Virus record (IMG/VR): IMGVR_UViG_3300043410_001471
Location: 62,001-126,000 of that record
DNA length: 64,000 nucleotides
Strand: one strand, 5' to 3'
This document shows, in pieces, positions 1 to 10,200 of the stretch. Under the pieces are notes generated by a model. It was not told the origin of the DNA, did not search any database, and worked only from the letters and a program-made list of their open reading frames with translations. Positions within the stretch are counted from its first letter, which is position 1. Every line of letters begins with the position of its first letter. Both the position numbers and the translations under genes were made by a program.

Positions 1-1
1 G

Positions 2-700
2 GGTGATATTGCTAAATTTGGATTTTCTCAAATTAGCAATTTTCAATATGCGGATAGAATTACAACGGAATACGATAAAGCAATACAAGGTGGTAAAACT
101 ATATTAGGTGGTGTACCCATTAAGATAGGAAATACTGCGGCGATGAGAGCTGTTTTATTTACCATAATGTTAAAAACATCTCAAGACCCAAAAGGCGATT
201 TATTGAGAGATATTGGACCAGCTATACAAGCGTATTGGGTTGGCGCCCAAACCGATAAAATGGCTGTTCCAAATATTCCATGCGTTGGTGCATTGAAAAA
301 CATAAATACAATATTTGGCGTAAACTTATCACCTGGTGTATGGACTCCATTGCCAGTACCCGCAGTTGGTAGTGTTGACCCATTTTTGTTAAGTTTTATA
401 GCTTCAGCATCATTACACTTACTAACAGTTGGTGGAATCATAACATGCAACTGTCAATACCCACCACCAGCACCACCTGCTCCAGGAATATTACCATGGG
501 GTGGTTATTTTGTTAAACCATTCACAGGTACACAAAATTCTATGAAACCGGCATTAAATGATTTAAAAACATTGGGTAAAGCAGCTGCATTGAATATTGG
601 TAAACCATTATTGGGAGATGCATTAACTGCCATATTTAATGAAGATAGCAATGCATTGGAAAATATAACAAAAGAATTAAAAAACAACAATAAAGGATAA
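2..700 (+). CDS. Hypothetical protein, 5'-truncated by the window edge (baseplate-region gene)
   Basis: The frame of the 143..700 ORF stays open back to base 2 (GDIAKFGFSQ...), so the ATG at 143 is probably internal; contains a Pro-rich stretch YPPPAPPAPG. Confidence 0.6.
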   Translation, partial: GDIAKFGFSQISNFQYADRITTEYDKAIQGGKTILGGVPIKIGNTAAMRAVLFTIMLKTSQDPKGDLLRDIGPAIQAYWVGAQTDKMAVPNIPCVGALKNINTIFGVNLSPGVWTPLPVPAVGSVDPFLLSFIASASLHLLTVGGIITCNCQYPPPAPPAPGILPWGGYFVKPFTGTQNSMKPALNDLKTLGKAAALNIGKPLLGDALTAIFNEDSNALENITKELKNNNKG

Positions 701-712
701 TTATTAAATTAA

Positions 713-720
713 ATATTTAT
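713..720 (+). promoter_or_regulatory. Putative phage late-promoter motif ATATTTAT
   Basis: Intergenic, 23 nt before ATG 744; the same motif recurs before about 10 structural or head genes. Confidence 0.55.
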
Positions 721-743
721 TACTAAACATATATACAATTACT

Positions 744-1244
744 ATGGATTCAAAATTATTAGTCGGATTAATTAAGGAAGTTGTTAAAAATGAAGTTAAA
801 CAACAAGTTAAAGAAGAATTAGCAAAGCTAATCAAATCCGGTGCGGTTACATTAAACTCACAAAGAAAACCATCTACTCCATCATTGAGAGAGATGACAG
901 AAGTTGCTCCTACGCCTGTTAGAAAGCAACAACCGGTTCAACAACAAAGACCTCAAATTCAAAAGGAATTTTCAAAAGACCCTATGATTAATGAGATTCT
1001 TAATATGACTCAACCATTCACAGCAGAACAAAGAAAAGAAGGTGCAAGTGCGGTTAGTAGTGTATTAGATATGATTAAGCCTGAATTAAGAGTTGATGAA
1101 AGTGAATGGGAAACTATGGATTTTAGAGATGTAAATGTACCTGCTGGAACACCTCAATTCGAATCAACAGGTGATGGATTACAAGATGCTACTATAAAAG
1201 CATTGACAAGAGATTATTCAGAATTAGTAAAGAGATTTAAATAA
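744..1244 (+). CDS. Hypothetical protein
   Basis: 166-aa ORF with N-terminal amphipathic helix (LIKEVVKNEVKQQVKEEL); its stop abuts the gp25-like gene. Confidence 0.7.
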   Translation: MDSKLLVGLIKEVVKNEVKQQVKEELAKLIKSGAVTLNSQRKPSTPSLREMTEVAPTPVRKQQPVQQQRPQIQKEFSKDPMINEILNMTQPFTAEQRKEGASAVSSVLDMIKPELRVDESEWETMDFRDVNVPAGTPQFESTGDGLQDATIKALTRDYSELVKRFK

Positions 1245-1681
1245 TGGCAATAGAGCTTGGTAAAGTTAATGTAACTGATTTAGCTGCAAATGATTATAAA
1301 GTATTGGGAATTGGTGTTAATACTACATCCGATTCTAATGGTGTATTTGCTGTAAATTTCACTACAATTTCTCAAGCTAAAAGTAATTTAAAAAATTTAA
1401 TATTAACTCATAAGGGAGAACGAGTAATGCAGCCTGATTTTGGTTGTGATATTTGGTTGATTTTATTTGAACCAATTATTGAGGGAACAATTGAAACGAA
1501 TATAGAAAGAACTATTTTGGAAGCAGTTGATAGATGGTTGCCATATTTGAATATAGATGAAATAATATTTGATTATGATGATAATGATATTGATACTAAT
1601 AAAATTATGTTAGATATAAAGTTCTCATTAAAATCAAATAAAAATATAAGAGATTCAGTACAAATAAATGTAAATAATTAA
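1244..1681 (+). CDS. gp25: Baseplate wedge subunit, gp25/GPW-like
   Basis: Motif LKNLILTHKGERVMQPDFGCDI..ILFEP and typical size (145 aa). Confidence 0.9.
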   Translation: MAIELGKVNVTDLAANDYKVLGIGVNTTSDSNGVFAVNFTTISQAKSNLKNLILTHKGERVMQPDFGCDIWLILFEPIIEGTIETNIERTILEAVDRWLPYLNIDEIIFDYDDNDIDTNKIMLDIKFSLKSNKNIRDSVQINVNN

Positions 1682-1683
1682 TA

Positions 1684-3696
1684 ATGGCAATAAAATCATT
1701 AGATAAAAGTTTTGGTAGTGGTAAGAATATAAATTATGTTGGTAAAGATTTTACAACATTTAAAGAAAATCTTATAGAGTATGCCAAAACTTATTTTCCA
1801 AACACATATTCGGATTTCAATGAATCATCACCTGGTATGGTTTTCATTGAACAAGCAGCTGCAATAGGTGATATACTCGCGTTTTATCAAGATACGCAAT
1901 TAAAAGAATCTATGATATCACATGCAACTGAACGAAAAAATGTAGTTGCATTAGCTCAATCAATGGGGTATAAACCAAAAGTAACATCTCCTGCTGTTAC
2001 TACTATAACTATTTATCAATTATTACCGGCGGTTGGTAGTGGTGCAAGTAATGTTCCAGATGAAACATATTGTGTGAAAATAAAAGAAGGTATGGAAGTT
2101 TCTTCTACTACCAACTCTAACATAATTTTTAGAACAATTGATTCGGTTGATTTTGGATTAATCGATGGTAGAGAAGTTGATGTATATGAAAGGGATTCCA
2201 ATGGTGAACCAACTTTTTATTTATTAACTAAAAAGGTAAAAGCAATATCTGCTGTTCAAAAAGAAACTTCATTTACATTTGGTTCATATGAAGAATATCC
2301 TAAAGTAGAATTAACTGATGAAAATATAATTTCAATAGTATCTGTTACGGATTCTAATAATAACAAATATTATGAAGTTCCATATCTAGCTCAAGAGAGT
2401 ATTTTTATAGAGCAACCAAATATACAATCAAATTCGGATTTATATACAAATTCATCCGATGTTCCATATATTTTAGAAGTACAAAAAGTACCTCGTAGAT
2501 TTTCTATAAAAGTAAATTCAGATAATACAATGGATTTACAATTTGGTAGTGGTGATACATCTATGAATGATGAGATAATTTTACCAAATCCAAAGAATGT
2601 AGGATTGGGATTAGCAAATTCAATTAATAGATTGAATGATGGTATTGACCCATCTAATTTCTTAAAAACAAATACATTTGGAGTAGTACCAACAAATACA
2701 ACATTGACTGTAAAATATTTAGTAGGTGGTGGGGTTAGTTCAAATGTGAATACGGGTGATTTAATTAAAATCAACAAAATAGAATTTGAAGAAGATTTGG
2801 TTTCTATTACAAATCAAGCCTTATATGAATCTATGAAGCAATCTATTGCAGTTGAAAATTTAGAACCAGCAATAGGAGGTAGAGGTAGTGAATCAATCGA
2901 AGAAATCAGACAAAATGCTTTAGCAATGTTTGGTTCTCAAAATAGAGCAGTAACGAGACAAGATTATGTTGTAAGAGCATTATCAATGCCAGAACGATAT
3001 GGTAGTGTTGCAAAAGTATATGTTTCACCTGATGGCGAAATAGATAATAATTCTCCTGCATCGATTCTTGCAAATCCTAAAAATATATCTGAATTTGTTG
3101 GTATAGTTGAATCATTAAAAGATAAATCTAAACAAGACATTCAAAAAGAATTAGTTAAATATCTTACTGAAAAGAAAACGGCAATTGCGGAGGTGAATAA
3201 TCCATTTGCGATAAATATGTATATATTGGGATACGATTCTAATAAGAATTTAACAAATATAAATGATGCTGTAAAGCAAAACCTTAAAACATATTTAGGG
3301 GAATATCGTATGATTACGGATGCAGTGAATATTATTAACGGATTTATTGTTAATATTGGGGTTGATTTTGATATCATATGTTATTCAAACTATAATAAAA
3401 ACGAAGTACTTGCAAATTGTTTAATAGAATTACAATCGTATTTCGATATAGATAATTGGACATTCAATAAACCAATCAATATTTCAGAAATAGAATTGAT
3501 ATTAGCAAATGTAGAAGGTGTAATGAGTGTTCCATCGGTTAAGATACACAATTTGTGTGGAGGGGATGGTAATTATTCAACAAATAAATATAACATAGAA
3601 CAGGCTACTAAAGGTAAGATTGTATATCCATCTTTAGACCCATCTATATTTGAAGTAAAATATCCAAACAAAGACATAAAAGGGAGGGCTTTATAA
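1684..3696 (+). CDS. gp6: Baseplate wedge subunit, T4 gp6 / baseplate J-like
   Basis: KDF...KENLIEYAK.YFP.TYSDFNESSPGM, LAQSMGYKPK, GGRGSESIEEIRQNA..MF.SQNRAVT.QDY; follows gp25. Confidence 0.9.
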   Translation: MAIKSLDKSFGSGKNINYVGKDFTTFKENLIEYAKTYFPNTYSDFNESSPGMVFIEQAAAIGDILAFYQDTQLKESMISHATERKNVVALAQSMGYKPKVTSPAVTTITIYQLLPAVGSGASNVPDETYCVKIKEGMEVSSTTNSNIIFRTIDSVDFGLIDGREVDVYERDSNGEPTFYLLTKKVKAISAVQKETSFTFGSYEEYPKVELTDENIISIVSVTDSNNNKYYEVPYLAQESIFIEQPNIQSNSDLYTNSSDVPYILEVQKVPRRFSIKVNSDNTMDLQFGSGDTSMNDEIILPNPKNVGLGLANSINRLNDGIDPSNFLKTNTFGVVPTNTTLTVKYLVGGGVSSNVNTGDLIKINKIEFEEDLVSITNQALYESMKQSIAVENLEPAIGGRGSESIEEIRQNALAMFGSQNRAVTRQDYVVRALSMPERYGSVAKVYVSPDGEIDNNSPASILANPKNISEFVGIVESLKDKSKQDIQKELVKYLTEKKTAIAEVNNPFAINMYILGYDSNKNLTNINDAVKQNLKTYLGEYRMITDAVNIINGFIVNIGVDFDIICYSNYNKNEVLANCLIELQSYFDIDNWTFNKPINISEIELILANVEGVMSVPSVKIHNLCGGDGNYSTNKYNIEQATKGKIVYPSLDPSIFEVKYPNKDIKGRAL

Positions 3697-4772
3697 TGCA
3701 TAAATTTTATACATCATCATACGATGCAAGTATCTACTTACAACAACCTGACCAGAATGCTGGTAGAGATGAAATATTGGAAGTAGGTAAATTATATTAT
3801 GGAGATATCAAAGATATATACAGAACTTTAATTAAGTTTGATGTATCATCCATATCATCATCAATAGCTAGTGGGGAGATAACAGGAAGTTGGAAAGCTT
3901 TCTTAAATCTTAAATCCGCAAATTCTGAAGAAATTCCTTTGGAATATACAATTTATGCAAACGCAGTTTCTCAAAGTTGGACTATGGGAACTGGTACTAA
4001 ATTTGATAATATTAGTACAGATGGTATTAGTTGGAAATATAGAAATGGTATAGATAAATGGGTTTCATATGATACTACGGGAGGAACGGCAGTTTATACA
4101 TCAAATACAACGGGTTCTGCTAACGCAGAAGGTGGTGTTTGGTATTTGAGTGGTTCTGCTTCACAATCATACTCATATGAGCCGGATGATGTTAGAATGG
4201 ATGTTACCGATATGGTTTCATTGTGGGTTAGTGGGTCTGTATTAAATAATGGTATGATTGTACATCATAGTTTAAATGCTGAAAATGATACAATCGATTA
4301 TGGTGTACTTAAATTTTTCTCAAAAGAAACACATACTATATATGAACCAAAATTAGAAATAGTTTGGGATGATTCATCATTTATCACAGGTTCTTTAACG
4401 GAAATACCATCTGAAAATTTTAAAATTGCTTTAACAAATTTAAAAGCAAAATACCAAAAAGATACAAAAGTAAAAATAAGAGTTAAGGGTAGAGAATTAT
4501 ATCCATTGAGAACTTTCTCCGGAACATTTGATTACGATAATACAAACTATTTACCTACTACATCTTATTATCAATTGGAAGATTATATAACAAATGAAAT
4601 TATATATCCATTTGGTGAATACACAAAATTAAGTTGTGATTCTTCTGGTAGTTATTTTATATTAGATTTGAATACTTTACCATCAAATAGAGTGTACAAA
4701 ATAAAAATAAAAGTAATTCAATCGGGTATCACATATATAATAGATGATAAATCAACATTTGAAATAGTATAA
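3696..4772 (+). CDS. Virion structural protein with N-terminal DNRLRE/CBM96-like domain
   Basis: DASIYLQQPDQNAG.DE.LEV...RTLIKFDVS...LNL...IYANAVSQSWTMGTG pattern, then F.SKE....EPKLEI.WDD. Confidence 0.55.
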   Translation: MHKFYTSSYDASIYLQQPDQNAGRDEILEVGKLYYGDIKDIYRTLIKFDVSSISSSIASGEITGSWKAFLNLKSANSEEIPLEYTIYANAVSQSWTMGTGTKFDNISTDGISWKYRNGIDKWVSYDTTGGTAVYTSNTTGSANAEGGVWYLSGSASQSYSYEPDDVRMDVTDMVSLWVSGSVLNNGMIVHHSLNAENDTIDYGVLKFFSKETHTIYEPKLEIVWDDSSFITGSLTEIPSENFKIALTNLKAKYQKDTKVKIRVKGRELYPLRTFSGTFDYDNTNYLPTTSYYQLEDYITNEIIYPFGEYTKLSCDSSGSYFILDLNTLPSNRVYKIKIKVIQSGITYIIDDKSTFEIV

Positions 4773-4774
4773 TA

Positions 4775-5917
4775 ATGACTAATTTAGAAGCAATAGCATT
4801 AAAGTTAGAAGAAGAAAAGAAAGCAAAATTAGAATCGATATTAAGTATATCGGGTTCATCAGCTATTGCCAAAAATGAATATGGTGTAACTGTTGTAGAT
4901 GAAACAAATGCAGCATCTTCTTTACTATTCAAGCCATTAACTAAAACTAAATTAGATGATGTTGAATTAGTAAAAGCTATCGATGTTGAAGTAAAGGAAT
5001 TGAAGCCAGATATTCCTGCTATTAATCGTAATCTAGTTCCAAAACCATTATATGATGAAAAGGTAACCGAAAACGAAGATTTAAGAAAAGAGGTAGAGAA
5101 ACTTACAAATGATGTTGAAACTTTGACAAATGAGATATCATCTTTAAATAGTAAATTACTAAGTGAGATAAATCAAAAGTTAAATATAGAGCAAACAAAT
5201 GATTTATTAGTAAATCAGTTAGATACATTAGGTGGTACATTGGGAGATATAAGTGGGCAGATATCAACATCTTTACAAAAATCAGTTGATGAATCCATTT
5301 TAAGAGCATCTTTGCAATCACAAAATACGGGTTTCAAAGCTCAAATTAATGCTTTAATTAAACAAATTGATTCATTAAATGCAATTATCCGTGGTTTACA
5401 AGCACAATTAGGAGCAGTTCAACAACAACAAGCAATTCAACAATCAACTGTAAATTCGGCAGCAGCTAGTGGTGGTGATGTGATAAATAAAGTGGTGGTA
5501 TTAACATTTGAAGGACCTAAAGAAGAACCAAATTTTAAATTAGTTGGTAAATTAAATCCAGATAATGGTGATACCAAATTTGTAACAGGTGGTACTTTAA
5601 GATTTGTAAACAACGATACACAACCTGTTACGATTGAGTTAGCGGCACCTGTTGGTGGTGGAATGCAAAAGCCTTGGTTGATATTTCCAAAGTCAAATTT
5701 CCAAATAGAAGGTGGTAAAGATGATAGTTTGAAATTATCAATAAGTAAAAGTGCCGGGGATGGTATAGAACCTTCATACGGCGGATGGCTTAGTGGGTGG
5801 GGAAAAAGTAAAGGATACGATACAACTATGACTGTTAATGTTAAACGAACTGATGGTAGTACTGAATCAAAATCATATACGATTCATTTTGTAAAAAATC
5901 ATCCAAAATCATTTTAA
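4775..5917 (+). CDS. Coiled-coil structural protein with C-terminal beta-sandwich (Ig-like) domain
   Basis: Long heptad-like L/Q/N-rich central region; beta-rich C-terminal about 140 aa. Confidence 0.55.
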   Translation: MTNLEAIALKLEEEKKAKLESILSISGSSAIAKNEYGVTVVDETNAASSLLFKPLTKTKLDDVELVKAIDVEVKELKPDIPAINRNLVPKPLYDEKVTENEDLRKEVEKLTNDVETLTNEISSLNSKLLSEINQKLNIEQTNDLLVNQLDTLGGTLGDISGQISTSLQKSVDESILRASLQSQNTGFKAQINALIKQIDSLNAIIRGLQAQLGAVQQQQAIQQSTVNSAAASGGDVINKVVVLTFEGPKEEPNFKLVGKLNPDNGDTKFVTGGTLRFVNNDTQPVTIELAAPVGGGMQKPWLIFPKSNFQIEGGKDDSLKLSISKSAGDGIEPSYGGWLSGWGKSKGYDTTMTVNVKRTDGSTESKSYTIHFVKNHPKSF

Positions 5918-5923
5918 TAAATT

Positions 5924-7192
5924 ATGAGTATTAAAAAATATACAAACTTCGAAGCAGTAAATGCTAAGATAGATAATGAAGGTCGTTTTTTACAACCAGA
6001 AGATTTCTTTATTGTTTCTAAAAATGAGATAGAAGATACTGATTTTGGTGATTGTAAGTATGATGTTATGGAAGTATCTGTTTACGATATTAATAGTAAT
6101 TTATTACCACAAAAATCGGGAAACAATGTTGCTTATATAAAAAAGCAAGATATTAAAAATTATATGTATAGTTTAGTTAATGCAGGTGGTCAAAAGGAAA
6201 TTGCCATCAACATTGAAAAACTATTAAATGATTTAGGATTTAAAAATGGCATTCTTAAAGTTAATATAAATTTTGTTAGAAATAAAGTTGGTTCAGATAA
6301 TGAATTACAAAGAGTTTGGATACAAGAAATTTCTCCTTCAAGAGAGGAAGTTCGTATTATACCATTAAAAACAAAAGATGAAAATATAAATAATATTACA
6401 AAATCAGAATTTAAAAAAATTAATAATTTAAGTAAAGATTTTAAATATTACAAAAAAAATATATTAGATGCATTAGATAAATTTGAAGTTAATTCATTAT
6501 CAGTAATTGATGATGCATTAGTTGCTAAATTTGGAAATGATTTTAGAGCAACAATTAGAAAAGATTTTGGTTTAAGAGATTTAGATACTTTTAATAAGAG
6601 AGTATTCGAAAATTTCAGAGATAGTATTAAGCATTGGGTAAATAATAGATACTACGATATATCTCAATCCAATTTTGGAAAACCATCCGAAACTAGATTT
6701 GAAGATTGTGAACAATATGAATTTAATATGTTATTAACATCTATACAATCTATTTTAAATAACTGTATTTCATTTAATATAAAAACATTAAAAAGAAGAA
6801 GTGTAAATTATAACCAAGTTCCAAAAGAATTTGCAATAGTTGAATTGAGAAAACAAATACAAAATAATTTGGAATCATTCCAAACAAAGATTGATATTAA
6901 AAGAAATATTTATTCGCCTGATAGGGCAAATGTTGTAGTTGGTGGTACTAAGGAATTACCTCCAATAACAACTGTAATAGAGAAGGAAGTAGTAATTGAA
7001 ACTCCAAAGCCAGAACCTACTCCTATACCCGAACCTAAGCCTGAGCCGGTTATTGAACCGCCCAAAACTGCACCAGAACCATCTATACCATCTTATGGTG
7101 GAGGTGGCGGCGGAGGCGGTAGAGTTATGGATGATTATAGAAACTATAATGGTGGAATAATCGATAGACCTAATGTGCAAGAGTATACATAA
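5924..7192 (+). CDS. Hypothetical structural protein with Pro/Glu-rich C-terminal tail
   Basis: 422-aa ORF in the baseplate operon; tail PKPEPTPIPEPKPEPVIEPPKTAPEP followed by a Gly run. Confidence 0.6.
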   Translation: MSIKKYTNFEAVNAKIDNEGRFLQPEDFFIVSKNEIEDTDFGDCKYDVMEVSVYDINSNLLPQKSGNNVAYIKKQDIKNYMYSLVNAGGQKEIAINIEKLLNDLGFKNGILKVNINFVRNKVGSDNELQRVWIQEISPSREEVRIIPLKTKDENINNITKSEFKKINNLSKDFKYYKKNILDALDKFEVNSLSVIDDALVAKFGNDFRATIRKDFGLRDLDTFNKRVFENFRDSIKHWVNNRYYDISQSNFGKPSETRFEDCEQYEFNMLLTSIQSILNNCISFNIKTLKRRSVNYNQVPKEFAIVELRKQIQNNLESFQTKIDIKRNIYSPDRANVVVGGTKELPPITTVIEKEVVIETPKPEPTPIPEPKPEPVIEPPKTAPEPSIPSYGGGGGGGGRVMDDYRNYNGGIIDRPNVQEYT

Positions 7193-7205
7193 AATTATCA
7201 TTAAG

Positions 7206-7214
7206 ATATTTATA
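7206..7214 (+). promoter_or_regulatory. Putative late-promoter motif ATATTTATA
   Basis: Intergenic, 13 nt before the TTG at 7228. Confidence 0.55.
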
Positions 7215-7227
7215 ATAAACAATTACT

Positions 7228-10200
7228 TTGGAAAAACCAATAGAACAACTTTTTGATTATCCTACATTCGATAGTAATAATGGAATTCCACTAGCTGTAT
7301 TAAACGATGCGGCTTCTGGATTTGATTATGGATTTCCAGCGCCATCACCGGCGCCGCCATATGTACCACCAGTTCCAACTAATCCAATGACTATTCATCT
7401 TATTGGTGAAGATTCTGTTGCATTAGAATTTTTAGAAGATGGTGCTTCAAAGGGATTTGGAAATGTAGTAGATGTAATCTATTCGAGTAATCTACAATTT
7501 AATGGACCAAAAACATATACGGCAAATTTAGCCAATGGTAAGGTATTATCTAAATTCGTAGTTGCTACAAAAAAATTACAATATATCAATGGTGAAATAG
7601 ATGGTATAGGTGTTACCGAATATAGATTGGTAAACGATAATTGGGAAGAGCAGGCAACTCAAAATTTTAATTTCGGAAGTATTGCATTACGATTTAAATC
7701 ATCAGTTTCTATACCAGTAAAACCAATAGAAACTATACAAATTGTACCAACTGTTATTTCAACTGCCAATCCCAATTCTCAAATTGAAATGGGATTCTTT
7801 TCAAATTTAGAAAATGAATTAAATAACAGTCTTAGATTATATTATCAAATTGTATACAACTCATCTATAATAGATTCGGGAGATGTTACATTGGGTAATA
7901 ATATATTTAAAGAGTTTTCAAATCAAATTTTAGATAATGCTTCTGTAAATTTTGAAGTTAGGGGTAATACGCCTGATGGAATTTTTGTAGAACAAATTTA
8001 TAGTGGTATTTCATCACAATATAATGGTGATTTTAGTAGATTAAATAAAGTACCATACGCATTTAGTGTACCGGCTTCTCAATTAAAAAATTCATTTTTA
8101 GTAATAGTAGATGCTGGTAAAGAAGTAAAATATGCAGAACCTAAGATAACATTAGGACAAACTCAATACAATGTTGCAGTAAAAGAATCCGATACCGAAA
8201 AACCTATTGCCATTTCATTTAATACTGAAAATGCAGATAGAGTTTTGGTTTATGTAGATTCTACTACAATAATAGAAGTACCTGCTTCCGATAAAAGTGT
8301 TACACTATATTTCCAAAAAGATTTTAAAGAAATTTACGGAACTAAAAAATTAATATTAGTAGCAGAAGGTAATAATTATGGAACTGGCCAAAAAGCAGAA
8401 GTATTAGTTACATTTACTGCTATAAACGATTTTCCATCAATAACCGAAACAACCTTTGCAGATGTGATTGATGTTCCTTCGTTTTCGGATTTCAACATCG
8501 AATATGAAATTAAATATTCTACATTTGCAGCAACTTCTGTAGATGTTTGGTTAAAACAAAAAGATGGTTCTAAGATTGGATTGTTAAGTAATCAATCTTC
8601 AAATGGAAGTATAAAAATAAATCTTAAAAAATTAAGAGAAACTTATCCAAATTGGGTTGGTAGTGATAATGTAACATTAGTATTAAAACCATACAATAGA
8701 GGAGGAGCTGAAGAATTAATTGGTAATGAATATGAAGTTGTTACTAAATTAATTTTACCAACTTTACAATTGGATGAAGATATTATATCTACTGCATTAT
8801 TTCAAGCATTTGCTGAAAAAATAAGTGTAGTAGAACCTGAACCAGATAGTAAATATTTAACACATCTTGCCAATTTTGGGAATGATGAACAAATTATAAT
8901 TTCTTCTTGGGAAAATGATAATTGGACATTATCTAAAAAATCAGAAGATGAATTGGGTAACATATTTGTTAAAGATTCCGATGTAGTTGAATCTATAATA
9001 TTAAAATTATATTCACCAATACCATCTAACATTGTAAACAATTCTACATTTTGGATTACAAAGTTAATGACGAATCCATTAATAGAAACTGTTATATTAA
9101 ATGAGCAAGATGAATTAACATGTCCTCCATTAAAAGGACCAAATTTTAATATAGATGTTGATTTTGTTAGTGGGCAATCTACTAATTATGAATCTTTAGA
9201 TAATTTAATTTTAAGTGGTTCTACATCATCTAATCAATTAGTAACTACATATTTAAGTTCATCTTTAATAGATACAACCGAACTTAATATAGAATATGTA
9301 AGTGGTTCTACATATGTATGGAATAATTTTGTACATTTTAGTTCTGCTAAAGAAAGAGTTGATAATTTTGTTTATAAAGTACAATTAATAGAAAGATACG
9401 AATCATTATATACATCGGCATCTACAAATAATACATATAACAATAGTATTTCAGCTGCAAACGAAAGAGAAAGACAGCTTATAAAAAAGAATCAAGTATT
9501 GCAAGGATTTGATGGATTTGAAAATTTCTTATATACATCATCTTCTCTAAGTTGGCCTTACAATGGTAATGATAGAAAATTAAGTACTTCATCCGAAGTA
9601 AGTGATTGGTATGATAATATAATTGATTTAGCTGAAACATTTGATATAGAAAATCCAAACTGGGTTCAAAACAATATACCACAATATATTGTTAATGATG
9701 AAAATAATGATAGTTTGTTGTTATTCTTCTCAATGATTGGACAGCATTTTGATAACATATATTATCACACAAAAGCAATTGAAAGAAGTAGAGGATTGGG
9801 ATACAAATCTAAAGATGGTATTTCTGATAAGTTATTATTTGATGTATTACAATCATTTGGTTGGGATGCAAAGAATTTAGCAACTGATACTCAATTATGG
9901 AATTATGTGTTCGGTTTGGATAAGGATGGTAATATAAAAAATGAAAATCCTGCAAAAGCTAGAACATATGAAGTTTGGAGAAGAATTGTAAACAACTTAC
10001 CTTATTTGTTAAAACACAAAGGTACGAGAAGAGGTGTGTATGCATTATTAAGTTGTTATGGTATTCCATCATCTAATCTTTCAATTTTGGAGTTTGGTGG
10101 ACCAGAAGTAACTGAAACTACTAAGAGTAAATTAGTAATGGATAACATTACAACTGCTCTTAAAATGAATAGTGGTTCATCTATTGAAATGGATTGGAAC

